Of a stretch of DNA of 64,000 nucleotides, positions 10,288-18,741 are shown piece after piece (the stretch's first letter is position 1; every line of letters begins with the position of its first letter). Under the pieces are notes generated by a model that worked only from the letters and a program-made list of their open reading frames with translations, did no database searches and had not been told where the DNA came from. This DNA comes from an uncultured delta proteobacterium. Its GTDB lineage: Bacteria; Myxococcota; UBA727; VGSZ01. The position numbers and the translations under genes are program-made. Location: the NCBI GenBank assembly GCA_963775425.1, contig CAVZJB010000003.1:256001-320000 (forward strand), given 5' to 3'.

Positions 10288-11760
10288 ATGTGTCGGATGG
10301 TCATGACCCCTGTCCTCGTTGCCAGCCTCGCCGTGGCTGTCGCTGCATTCACCGCTTGCCCCGGCGAAGGCGAAGGCGAAGGTGAGGGCGAGGGCGAAGG
10401 CGAAGGCGAGGGCGACACCCAGTGCGGCGCGCGCGACCTCCCCTGCCACCCGGACGGCACCCCCAACTCGCAGTCCGACTGCTGCGACGCCACCGACGTC
10501 TGCGTGCCGCTCGACGGCAACGCCACCGTCGGCGCCTGCCGCCAGAAGTGCGGCGACCTCACCATCCAGAACGGCCAGGTCGCGAACGCCACCAAGGACC
10601 CCAGCGTCACCTGCACGGGGACGCGCACCTGCCAGACCGTCACCACCACCCCGGCGCTCGACATCGTCGCCGAGGCGTGCATCGAGCCGGCTGACGGCAT
10701 CGACGGCCTCTGCCACGACCTCTTCGACGTCGAGCTCCAGGACGCGGCGTGCCCCGACGGCCTCGACTGCGAGATCACGGCCACCGACGCCAACGGCGAC
10801 CCGTCGTCGTTGAACTGCAAGCAGCCGTGCGACCCCTTCGACGACACCAGCGTCGCCGTCTGCACGGACCAGGGCCTCGAGTGCCTCCAGGCGCCGCTGC
10901 AGTTCGCGAACATCCAGGACGACGGCAACGGCGGCCAGGTCCGCTGCGACGACGGCGCCACGCCCGACGGCAACGAGCTCGCGGCCTGCCAGGCCGGCGG
11001 CAACGCCGCGGACTGCCCGTGTGACACGGCCAACGGCTTCACCTGCGCGCAGTTCGGCCTCACCGGCGGCGGCAGCGGCTTCTTCTGCAACAAGGCCACC
11101 ACCAACTGCGCCACCAACGTCCCGGCCACCACCCAGGCCGTCCTCGACGCGGATCCGGCGCACGCGATCAATGACCCGAACTTCCTCTGCAACGGCGTCG
11201 ACGCCAGCCGCTACTGCGACCCGTCGATGTTCGACGGCGTGCCGGCCGAGAACGCGGGCAGCGACATCTGCATCTCCATCAGCCGCACCAGCAACGACGG
11301 CGTCTGCTTCGCGTTCTGCGGGTCGCCCGACGTCGACGACAACAACAACGGCACCATCGAGGACACCGAGAAGGGCCAGACCTTCCAGTGCGCCGACGGC
11401 TTCACCTGCGAGCCGAAGTTCGGTGTCAGCATCGGCATCTGGGTCGACATCCTCGACGCCCAGGGCAACCAGCAGACCTGCGCCTGCGACGGCGACGCCC
11501 AGTTCTGCGACGGCGGCACCCAGTGCGGCGCCAGCTCGCCGACCTTCTGCGTGAACAACCAGGGCTTCCACTGCGAGGCCCCCTTCAGCAGCTGCGAGCC
11601 CAACGCCGGCGAAGGCGAGGGCGAAGGCGAAGGCGAAGGCGAAGGCGAAGGCGAAGGCGAAGGCGAAGGCGAAGGCGAAGGCGAAGGCGAAGGCGAAGGT
11701 GAGGGCGAAGGCGAAGGCGAAGGCGAGGGCGAAGGCGAGGGCGAGGGCGAGGGCGAGTAG
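10288..11760 (+). CDS. Cys-rich lipoprotein with N- and C-terminal Gly-Glu repeats and an EF-hand-like loop
   Basis: Lipobox-like FTAC; (GE)8 after Cys-Pro; many Cys; DDNNNGTIEDTE; terminal (GE)25. Confidence 0.85.
   Translation: MCRMVMTPVLVASLAVAVAAFTACPGEGEGEGEGEGEGEGEGDTQCGARDLPCHPDGTPNSQSDCCDATDVCVPLDGNATVGACRQKCGDLTIQNGQVANATKDPSVTCTGTRTCQTVTTTPALDIVAEACIEPADGIDGLCHDLFDVELQDAACPDGLDCEITATDANGDPSSLNCKQPCDPFDDTSVAVCTDQGLECLQAPLQFANIQDDGNGGQVRCDDGATPDGNELAACQAGGNAADCPCDTANGFTCAQFGLTGGGSGFFCNKATTNCATNVPATTQAVLDADPAHAINDPNFLCNGVDASRYCDPSMFDGVPAENAGSDICISISRTSNDGVCFAFCGSPDVDDNNNGTIEDTEKGQTFQCADGFTCEPKFGVSIGIWVDILDAQGNQQTCACDGDAQFCDGGTQCGASSPTFCVNNQGFHCEAPFSSCEPNAGEGEGEGEGEGEGEGEGEGEGEGEGEGEGEGEGEGEGEGEGEGEGEGEGE
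11608..11757 (+). repeat. Hexanucleotide coding repeat (GGYGAR)25
   Basis: Directly visible; a second tract of 8 units at 10363-10410. Confidence 0.95.
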
Positions 11761-11785
11761 CCCGCGTCCCCAGCTCCGCTGACCG

Positions 11786-11818
11786 AGAGCGCCGGCTTCC
11801 CGCCGGCGCTCTTCTTTT
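11786..11818 (+). terminator. Rho-independent terminator
   Basis: agagcgccggc-ttccc-gccggcgctct followed by tctttt. Confidence 0.8.
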
Positions 11819-11891
11819 GTGGCTCTCACGGCGCGACGCCCCGCCGGATCCTCGGGTGGCAACGAGGACCGGCATCGCCGACAATAGGGGC

Positions 11892-13007
11892 ATGAAGCGC
11901 GTGGTCCTCGTCGCCCTCCTCGCCTTCCCCACACTCGGGGTGAGCTGCGACGGCGTCGGCACCTTCGACGGCGGTGTGGGTGTCGACGCCGGCCCCATCG
12001 GCCCCGGCACGGTGCCGCTCAGCTCCATCGGCAAGACGTGCTCGTATGACCCCAACGACCCGAACGCGCCCAACCCGACCAACGACTGCGACACCGGCCT
12101 CGAGTGCCTGATCTTCACCCGCGACGGCGTCTACACCTCGGGGCTCGCGCTGTCGGCCTGGGAGGATCAGTTCACCATCTACCAGTCAAACCCCGACGTC
12201 GACGTCGGGTACTGCACGCCGGCGGGCGTCCTCGGTCAAACCTTCGCCTGTCCGGCGGGGAGCGCGCCGAAGCTGTTGTCCCCCAACATTCTCGTGTGCC
12301 TCAAGCTCTGCAACACGCCCGCGGACTGCGGCCGCTCCGATTACACCTGCGACGTCCGCTACTTCGACGTCGTCGACAACCAGGGCAACGAGCTGCCCAC
12401 GTGCGTGCGCAAGTGCGACTTCGACGTCCCCACCTGCGTGCGCTCGGGCGTCGTCCAGAGCGCACAGAACGCCGCCGTCCTCGAGCCCGAGCTCGTGTTC
12501 GAGGACCTCGCGGGCGGCGCCGAGTGCGGCGGCGACGGCATCTGCCAGGCCGTCACCCAACACGGCGTCGCCAAGCCCGGCGAGCCGTGCACGAGAACGG
12601 AGGACTGCTCCGTCGGCTCGGCCTGCATCCAGGCGCCCATCCTCAACGCGGTGCTCGGCGCGGGCAACGAGGCCAGTACCGGCTTCTGCGCGTCGCCGTG
12701 CAAGCCCGACACCACGGGCCAGACCCCGCAGGGCACGTGCACCGATGGCTTCATCTGCCAGAGCGCGGGTGCGTTGAACCTCGGCTTCGCCGACCCGGCA
12801 AACGGGATCCCCGGGCCCATCGTCCGCAGCCTCGCCTCGGGCGGCGTCGACACCGTCGGCGGCTTCTGCTTCCACCAGTGTCAGCTCGGGGTCCAGGCCG
12901 ACTGCAGCCCCTTCGCCGGCACCGTCTGCGGCTCCCTCGACGAGGCCCGCGTCGGCGACACCTGGAACCAGGTGCCGCAGTGCCTCCCGGACGCCCTCGC
13001 CAACTGA
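11892..13007 (+). CDS. Cys-rich lipoprotein
   Basis: MKRVVLVALLAFPTLGVSC signal and lipobox; many Cys. Confidence 0.85.
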   Translation: MKRVVLVALLAFPTLGVSCDGVGTFDGGVGVDAGPIGPGTVPLSSIGKTCSYDPNDPNAPNPTNDCDTGLECLIFTRDGVYTSGLALSAWEDQFTIYQSNPDVDVGYCTPAGVLGQTFACPAGSAPKLLSPNILVCLKLCNTPADCGRSDYTCDVRYFDVVDNQGNELPTCVRKCDFDVPTCVRSGVVQSAQNAAVLEPELVFEDLAGGAECGGDGICQAVTQHGVAKPGEPCTRTEDCSVGSACIQAPILNAVLGAGNEASTGFCASPCKPDTTGQTPQGTCTDGFICQSAGALNLGFADPANGIPGPIVRSLASGGVDTVGGFCFHQCQLGVQADCSPFAGTVCGSLDEARVGDTWNQVPQCLPDALAN

Positions 13008-13053
13008 AGCGCGGCGTTGACCAATCGATCACCGACGGGAGAGACTCGCGCGC

Positions 13054-13425
13054 ATGCGTGCTCTCATCGTGGACGATTCGCCGACGGCCCGGGCGCAGGC
13101 CTGCGCGGCGCTCGAGGACGCGCAGGAGAGGCTCGGCCTCGCGTTCGAGGTCGAGGAGGCCGGCAACGGCGTCGAGGCCTTGCGCGCCTTGGCGTCCGAG
13201 GTCGTCGACCTTCTCATCGTCGACCTGCACATGCCCGACATGACGGGCCTCGAGGTGCTCGCGTTCTGGCGCACGCGCGGCACCGGCAAGCGCGCCGTCG
13301 TCGTCAGCACCGACGTGTCGAGCCGCGACAAGGACAAGGCGCTCGAGAGCGGCGCGTGGCGCTTCCTCGAAAAGCCCGTCACCGTCGACGCCCTCGCCGA
13401 GGCGCTCGAAGGGCTCCGCGCGTGA
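13054..13425 (+). CDS. Single-domain response regulator (CheY-like)
   Basis: LIVDDS, VDLHMPDMTG, FLEKP. Confidence 0.92.
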   Translation: MRALIVDDSPTARAQACAALEDAQERLGLAFEVEEAGNGVEALRALASEVVDLLIVDLHMPDMTGLEVLAFWRTRGTGKRAVVVSTDVSSRDKDKALESGAWRFLEKPVTVDALAEALEGLRA

Positions 13426-15509
13426 CGCTGGATTGGTCGCAGCGGGAGTTCCTGGCCGAGGCCACGGAGATCGTCGATCACCTCGGCGCGGGCCTCGCCG
13501 CCATCGACGCCGAGCGCAAGAAGGGGCCGCCGTCTCCGTCGCGCTTGAACGAGGTGTTCCGGCAGGCCCACTCGCTCAAGGGCCTGGCCGGCATGTTCGG
13601 CGTCGAGGGCATGAGCAAGATCGCGCACCACATGGAGACGCTCCTGGACGGGATGCGCCTCGGCCGGCTCGACCTCGACGACCGCTTGATGGAGACCCTC
13701 TACGGCTGCACCGACGCCTTCGGCAGGCTCCTCACCGACGTCAAGGCCGGCCGTCCCCTCGACGAGGCCGTGGTCGCCCAGCTCACCAAGCGGCTCGAGG
13801 AGGCGTCGCAAAAGCGCGACGCAGGCGCCGGCGGGACCCTCGGGCACCTGCGGCTGCCGCCGGAGGCGCTGTCGGCCCTCACCGAATACGAGGAGCACCG
13901 GCTCCACGAGAACCTCCGCTCGGGGACGCCCGTCTACAAGCTGCACGCGCCGCTGCCTTTGTCGTCGTTCGAGAAGGATTTCACGGCGGTGACGGCGGCG
14001 CTCAACGAGCTCGGCGAGGTGGTGACCACGCTGCCGTCCACCGATGAGAGCGGCAAGCTCATCATCTTCGACATCGTCTTCGCCTCGAGCCTCGACCCGA
14101 GCGGCGTGCGCACGCGCCTGGCGCCCATCGGGGACTACGCCGTCGAGCGCATCGACGACGGCGCGCCTCCCGTCACCGCCGCGGGCCGAGGCGGCGGCGA
14201 GACCCAGTTGCCGAACGCCGTCGTCGTCGGTGACGACGAGCAGGCCACGCTGCGCCAGGTGGCAGAGACGGTGCGGGTGGACATCAGGAAGCTCGACGAG
14301 CTCATGGGCATCGTCGGCGAGCTCGTGCTCGCGCGCGGCGGCCTGTCGCGCGTCACTGCCGAGCTCAAGGCCGAGACCGGCTACCGCGGCCTCGCCGTCG
14401 ACCTCCACCGGCTGGTGCGCACCCTCGAGCGCCGCATCGTGGACCTGCAGACGGCCATCATGCAGGTGCGCATGGTCCCCCTCGGCCAGGTGTTCGAGCG
14501 GCTGTCGCGCACGGTGCGGCGCATCTCCAGCCAGCTCGGCAAGGAGATCGAGCTCGAGCTGCACGGCGAGGAGACCGAGCTCGATAAGCTCATCGTCGAG
14601 GACCTCGTCGACCCGCTGATGCACCTGGTGCGAAACGCCGTCGACCACGGCATCGAGTCCATGGAGGCGCGGCGGGCGGCGGGGAAACCGGCGGCGGGCA
14701 AGCTCGAGCTGCGGGCCTACCCGCGAGGCAACCACGTCATCATCGACATCATCGACGACGGCCGCGGCATCGACGAGGTCGCCGTCAAGCGCACCGCGCT
14801 CGAGCGCGGCATCGTCGACGACGAGCACATCGGGCAGCTCTCGCGGCGCGACGTGTGGAACCTCATTTTCTCGCCGGGCTTCTCCACGAGGAAGGACGTC
14901 ACCGAGACCAGCGGCCGCGGCGTCGGCCTCGACGTGGTCAAGACCAACGTCGCCCGCCTGAGCGGCCTCATCGACGTCGAGAGCCTGGCGGGCAGGGGGA
15001 CCAAGTTCTCCATCACGCTGCCCATCACGCTCGCCATCATCCAGGCTGTCATCATCCGGTCGGCCAGGCGCGTCTATGCGCTGCCGCTCGCGAGCGTCCT
15101 CGAGATCGTGGCGGTGCAGCCGGCGGACCTCTGCCGCGTCGAGGGCAAGGAGATGCTGCAGTTGCGCGGGCAGACGCTGCCGGTCCTGCGGCTCGACCGC
15201 GTCTTCCACGCGCTCGATGCGCAACAGGCGCGTCCCGCGGCGGCCGGCGACGGCGCCCTCGGCTATGCGGCCGTCGTCGGGCTCGCGCAGCACCGCGCGG
15301 CGCTCATCATCGACGACGTGCTCGGACAACAGGACATCGTCATCAAGTCGCTCGGCGCGTACCTGGCCAAGGTGCGCGGCATCGCCGGGGCCACGCACCT
15401 CGGCGACCACGAGACCATCCTCGTCCTCGACGTCGCCTCGCTCGTGCAGGAGCTCCTGCAGGCCGACGCCGGCGAGCTGCGTGCGCTGCGAACGCAGCCG
15501 GGAGCCTGA
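13422..15509 (+). CDS. cheA: Chemotaxis histidine kinase
   Basis: Hpt FRQAHSLKG; LMHLVRNAVDHGIE; DDGRGID; GFST...SGRGVGLDVV; C-terminal CheW-like domain. Confidence 0.96.
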   Translation: MTLDWSQREFLAEATEIVDHLGAGLAAIDAERKKGPPSPSRLNEVFRQAHSLKGLAGMFGVEGMSKIAHHMETLLDGMRLGRLDLDDRLMETLYGCTDAFGRLLTDVKAGRPLDEAVVAQLTKRLEEASQKRDAGAGGTLGHLRLPPEALSALTEYEEHRLHENLRSGTPVYKLHAPLPLSSFEKDFTAVTAALNELGEVVTTLPSTDESGKLIIFDIVFASSLDPSGVRTRLAPIGDYAVERIDDGAPPVTAAGRGGGETQLPNAVVVGDDEQATLRQVAETVRVDIRKLDELMGIVGELVLARGGLSRVTAELKAETGYRGLAVDLHRLVRTLERRIVDLQTAIMQVRMVPLGQVFERLSRTVRRISSQLGKEIELELHGEETELDKLIVEDLVDPLMHLVRNAVDHGIESMEARRAAGKPAAGKLELRAYPRGNHVIIDIIDDGRGIDEVAVKRTALERGIVDDEHIGQLSRRDVWNLIFSPGFSTRKDVTETSGRGVGLDVVKTNVARLSGLIDVESLAGRGTKFSITLPITLAIIQAVIIRSARRVYALPLASVLEIVAVQPADLCRVEGKEMLQLRGQTLPVLRLDRVFHALDAQQARPAAAGDGALGYAAVVGLAQHRAALIIDDVLGQQDIVIKSLGAYLAKVRGIAGATHLGDHETILVLDVASLVQELLQADAGELRALRTQPGA

Positions 15510-15510
15510 G

Positions 15511-16371
15511 GTGTACGAGGCGTTCTACGGGCTCTCGCGGCGACCCTTCGGCAAGACCCCCAATCCCTCGTTCCTGTACGAGGGAGCGCACCACGGCGAA
15601 GCGCTCGCGCGCCTCGAGATGGCCGCGGCCGACAAGGACATCGCCCTGCTCACGGGCGACATCGGTGCCGGCAAGACCACGCTGTCGCGCGCGTTGGTCG
15701 ATCGGCTCGACGCGCCCGGCGCCGCTGACGCCACGGCGATGGGCGCTCCGAGCTACCGCGTGGTCCTCGTGATCAACCCGCGGCTCAGCGCGGCCGAGAT
15801 GCTCGCGTTCATCGCCGAGCGGCTCGGGGCCGACCACGTGCCCAGACAGAAGCCCAAGCTCGTCGACGTCATCACCGCGCGCCTGTACGCGCTCTACGAA
15901 GAGGGGCACAAGCCGCTCGTGATCGTCGACGAGGCGCACCTCATCACCCAGAAGGCCGTCTTCGAGGAGCTGCGGCTGCTCACGAACCTTCAGCTCGACG
16001 ACGAGCCGCTCGTCGGCCTGCTCCTCATCGGTCAGCCCGAGCTGCGAAAGACGCTCGAGAAGCCGAGCCTCAAGAGCTTCACGCAGCGCATCGGCGTCGC
16101 CTACCACCTGGGCGCCCTCGACGCCGACGACACCGCCGCCTACGTCCTCCACCGCCTCGCGGTCGCGGGGCGCGACGAGGCGCTGTTCACGAGCGACGCG
16201 CTCGCAGCCGTCTTCGACAGGAGCGGCGGCGTCCCGCGCCGCATCAACACGCTTTGCCAGGGCGCGCTGCTGGCGGGTTACGCCAGCGGCGCCGCGAGCA
16301 TCGACGCCGCCGTCGTCGACGACGTTCACCGCGACTTCTCCGTGCACATGGGGCGCCTATGGACATCCTGA
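15511..16371 (+). CDS. ExeA/GspA-family AAA ATPase
   Basis: YEAFYGLSRRPFGKTPNPSFLY; GDIGAGKT; IVDEAH; LIGQPEL; SGGVPRRIN. Confidence 0.92.
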   Translation: MYEAFYGLSRRPFGKTPNPSFLYEGAHHGEALARLEMAAADKDIALLTGDIGAGKTTLSRALVDRLDAPGAADATAMGAPSYRVVLVINPRLSAAEMLAFIAERLGADHVPRQKPKLVDVITARLYALYEEGHKPLVIVDEAHLITQKAVFEELRLLTNLQLDDEPLVGLLLIGQPELRKTLEKPSLKSFTQRIGVAYHLGALDADDTAAYVLHRLAVAGRDEALFTSDALAAVFDRSGGVPRRINTLCQGALLAGYASGAASIDAAVVDDVHRDFSVHMGRLWTS

Positions 16372-17255
16372 AGGCACGGCGCAAGGCCAAGGAGCACAAG
16401 CAGCGCGAGGCCGAGGAGCGCGCGCACGAGGCCGCGCTCAAGGAGGACATCGAGCGCGCGCGTGCCCGCGCCGCCCCCGTCGACGAGCCCACCGTGCCCG
16501 AGGCCGTCGCCGGGTCGCGGCCGCCGTCCGGCGGCGACGCCGGGCCCGCGGCGCGGGGCAGGGCGTCGCAGCCGCCCGTCCGCGTCGACCCGCTGCAGGA
16601 GTTCCTCGCCTCCTACGACGACGGCGACCTCGTCGACGACGTCGAAGGCGGCTACGCCGGCGCCGAGCCCACGTCCGACGACGAGAAGCGCTTCCTCTCG
16701 TTCGATCTCGCCGGCGAGGCCTACGCCGCGAGCATCATGGACATCCGCGAGATCCTGAAGGTCGTGAGCCTCACCGAGGTGCCGCGTGCGCCCCGCGAGG
16801 TGCTCGGCGTGCTCAGCAAGCGTGGCGTCGTCATGCCCGTCGCCGACCTCGCCGCCGTGCTCGGCCTGCGGGAGTCCGATCAGCGACCGGAGGGAGCGGC
16901 CGCGCTTGATCGCTCCCGCGGGGGCGATCCGGCGCGCACGGCCCCCCCTGGCGCAGAGCAAGCGGGGGTGCTCCCTCCCCTCGCCGACCAGCGCGTCCTC
17001 GTCGCCGGCGACGGCGACCGCGTCTGCGGCCTCCGCGTGGACCGGGTGAGCCAGGTGGTGCGCCTGAGCCAGCGCGCCATCGAGGAGGTGCCGCCGAGCC
17101 TCGGGGCCAAGAACGCGCACATGCTGCTCGGCCTCGGGCGCGCCCGTGTGGAGGGACACGAGCAGCCGCTCATGTTCATCCTCCTCGATGTGCCCGCGGT
17201 GCTCGCGCACTTCGCCGAGACCATGGGCATCGAAGCGCTGAAGGAGGGCCGGTGA
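16359..17255 (+). CDS. cheW: CheW with N-terminal extension and internal ~36-aa insertion
   Basis: FLSFDLAGEAYA...IREIL...TEVPRAP...GLRVDRVSQVV. Confidence 0.9.
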   Translation: MDILKARRKAKEHKQREAEERAHEAALKEDIERARARAAPVDEPTVPEAVAGSRPPSGGDAGPAARGRASQPPVRVDPLQEFLASYDDGDLVDDVEGGYAGAEPTSDDEKRFLSFDLAGEAYAASIMDIREILKVVSLTEVPRAPREVLGVLSKRGVVMPVADLAAVLGLRESDQRPEGAAALDRSRGGDPARTAPPGAEQAGVLPPLADQRVLVAGDGDRVCGLRVDRVSQVVRLSQRAIEEVPPSLGAKNAHMLLGLGRARVEGHEQPLMFILLDVPAVLAHFAETMGIEALKEGR

Positions 17256-17833
17256 GCCCCGTGCGTGAAAAGGCAGGCGCCTCGAGCTTCGACCCCGAGG
17301 AGGAGTTCCGCCTCGCCACGTTCGCCGTCGGCGACGACCTCTACGCCATCGACATCATGCGCATCCGCGAGATCGTGCGGCCGCTGATGGTGACGCCGGT
17401 GCCCAAGGCGCCCGCGGGGATGGTCGGCGTCATCGACCTGCGCGGCGCGGTGCTGCCGCTGTTCGACCTGCGCCTGCGCTTCGACCTGCCCGCGCGCACG
17501 CAGGCCGAGCTGGTCCACGTCCGCCACGTGATCGTCACCCTCGACGGGCGCATGCTCGGCCTCGTGGTCGACGCCATGCATGACGTCGTCAACGTCACAC
17601 GCTCGCAGCTCCGCGTCGGCGAAGGGGTCCTCGCGGGCGAGGCCGCCGAGGTGTTCATCGGCGTCTGCCCGGTGCCCGCCAAGGACGGCGAGCGCCTCGC
17701 GCTGCTGTTGAACCTGCGCCGCGTCCTCGCGGGCGCGCACGCCATCCCCGTCGGCGACCTGCTGCGAGGCACCAACAAGACACTGCTGCCGGCGCCCGTC
17801 ACGCCGCCGCGCCTCGGCAAGGAGCTCAAGTGA
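17252..17833 (+). CDS. cheW: CheW
   Basis: YAIDIMRIREI...VPKAP...GVIDLRGAVLPLFDLR...GLVVD. Confidence 0.93.
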   Translation: MSPVREKAGASSFDPEEEFRLATFAVGDDLYAIDIMRIREIVRPLMVTPVPKAPAGMVGVIDLRGAVLPLFDLRLRFDLPARTQAELVHVRHVIVTLDGRMLGLVVDAMHDVVNVTRSQLRVGEGVLAGEAAEVFIGVCPVPAKDGERLALLLNLRRVLAGAHAIPVGDLLRGTNKTLLPAPVTPPRLGKELK

Positions 17834-18717
17834 ACGGCCGCGTCTTCTTCTGCCCGAGCTGCGGCGCCCGCTACGACGTCACGCGCGAGCTCCTCGAGCA
17901 GAACGTCGTGCTCCTGTGCGGCATCTGCGGGAGCGCGTCACACATCGGCGAGCCCGAGGCCGACGCGCAAAAGCCCCCCGAGGAGAGCGACGCCGAGCGC
18001 GCGCTGCGTGAGGCCCAACTGCCGCGCGTGGTCGTCGCTCACGAGGTGCCGGCCGCCGCGCGCTCCATCGCGCAGGTGCTTCGCGCCGCCGGGTACGCGC
18101 CCCTGTGCGTGCGCTCCGGCGAGCAGGTGCTCTCGGCGTGCGATCCCGCCATGCCGAGCCCGCCGGTGGCGGTTGTCCTCGACGTCGCCATCCCCGGCGT
18201 GCTCGCATTCGAGGTGATCGAGCAGCTCCGCGCGCACCCGAAGACCAAGGGCGTAGCCGTGGTGCTCCTCGCGTCGGTCTTCGAGCGCACGCGGTACAAG
18301 CGGCGCCCCACGAACCTCTACGGGGCCGACGCCTACCTCGAGCTGCACCACGTGCCCGACCGCCTCGCCCCCGTCATCGCGGAGGTGAGCGCCCACCGCC
18401 CGCCGGGGCCGGACCGCCTCCAGGCGCCCGTGGAGCGCGCGCGGACGGCGGCGCTGCGCGCGCGCCCCGACGCCGAGGACGTCGACGCCGCCGCCGCCCT
18501 CGCGCGCCGGCTGTTGAGCGACGTCGCCCTCTACCACGGCGACGAGCTGGCCGACGGCGTTCGTCGCGGAAACCCCTTCGCCTCCCTCGGGGCCGCCGTC
18601 GACAACGCCCGCGAGCTGTTCCGCGCGGCCTCCCACGCGCAGGGCGTCTTCGAAGACGAGCTGCAGCGCTTCTCGTCGCAGCTCCTCGACCGAAACGGCG
18701 GGAGGCGCGATGCGTGA
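17830..18717 (+). CDS. Zinc-ribbon plus atypical receiver domain protein
   Basis: CPSC...CGIC N-terminus; receiver-like LDVAIPG; YKRRPTNLYGADAY. Confidence 0.8.
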   Translation: MNGRVFFCPSCGARYDVTRELLEQNVVLLCGICGSASHIGEPEADAQKPPEESDAERALREAQLPRVVVAHEVPAAARSIAQVLRAAGYAPLCVRSGEQVLSACDPAMPSPPVAVVLDVAIPGVLAFEVIEQLRAHPKTKGVAVVLLASVFERTRYKRRPTNLYGADAYLELHHVPDRLAPVIAEVSAHRPPGPDRLQAPVERARTAALRARPDAEDVDAAAALARRLLSDVALYHGDELADGVRRGNPFASLGAAVDNARELFRAASHAQGVFEDELQRFSSQLLDRNGGRRDA

Positions 18718-18741
18718 CGAGCCCCCACCGGAGGTGGCGCC

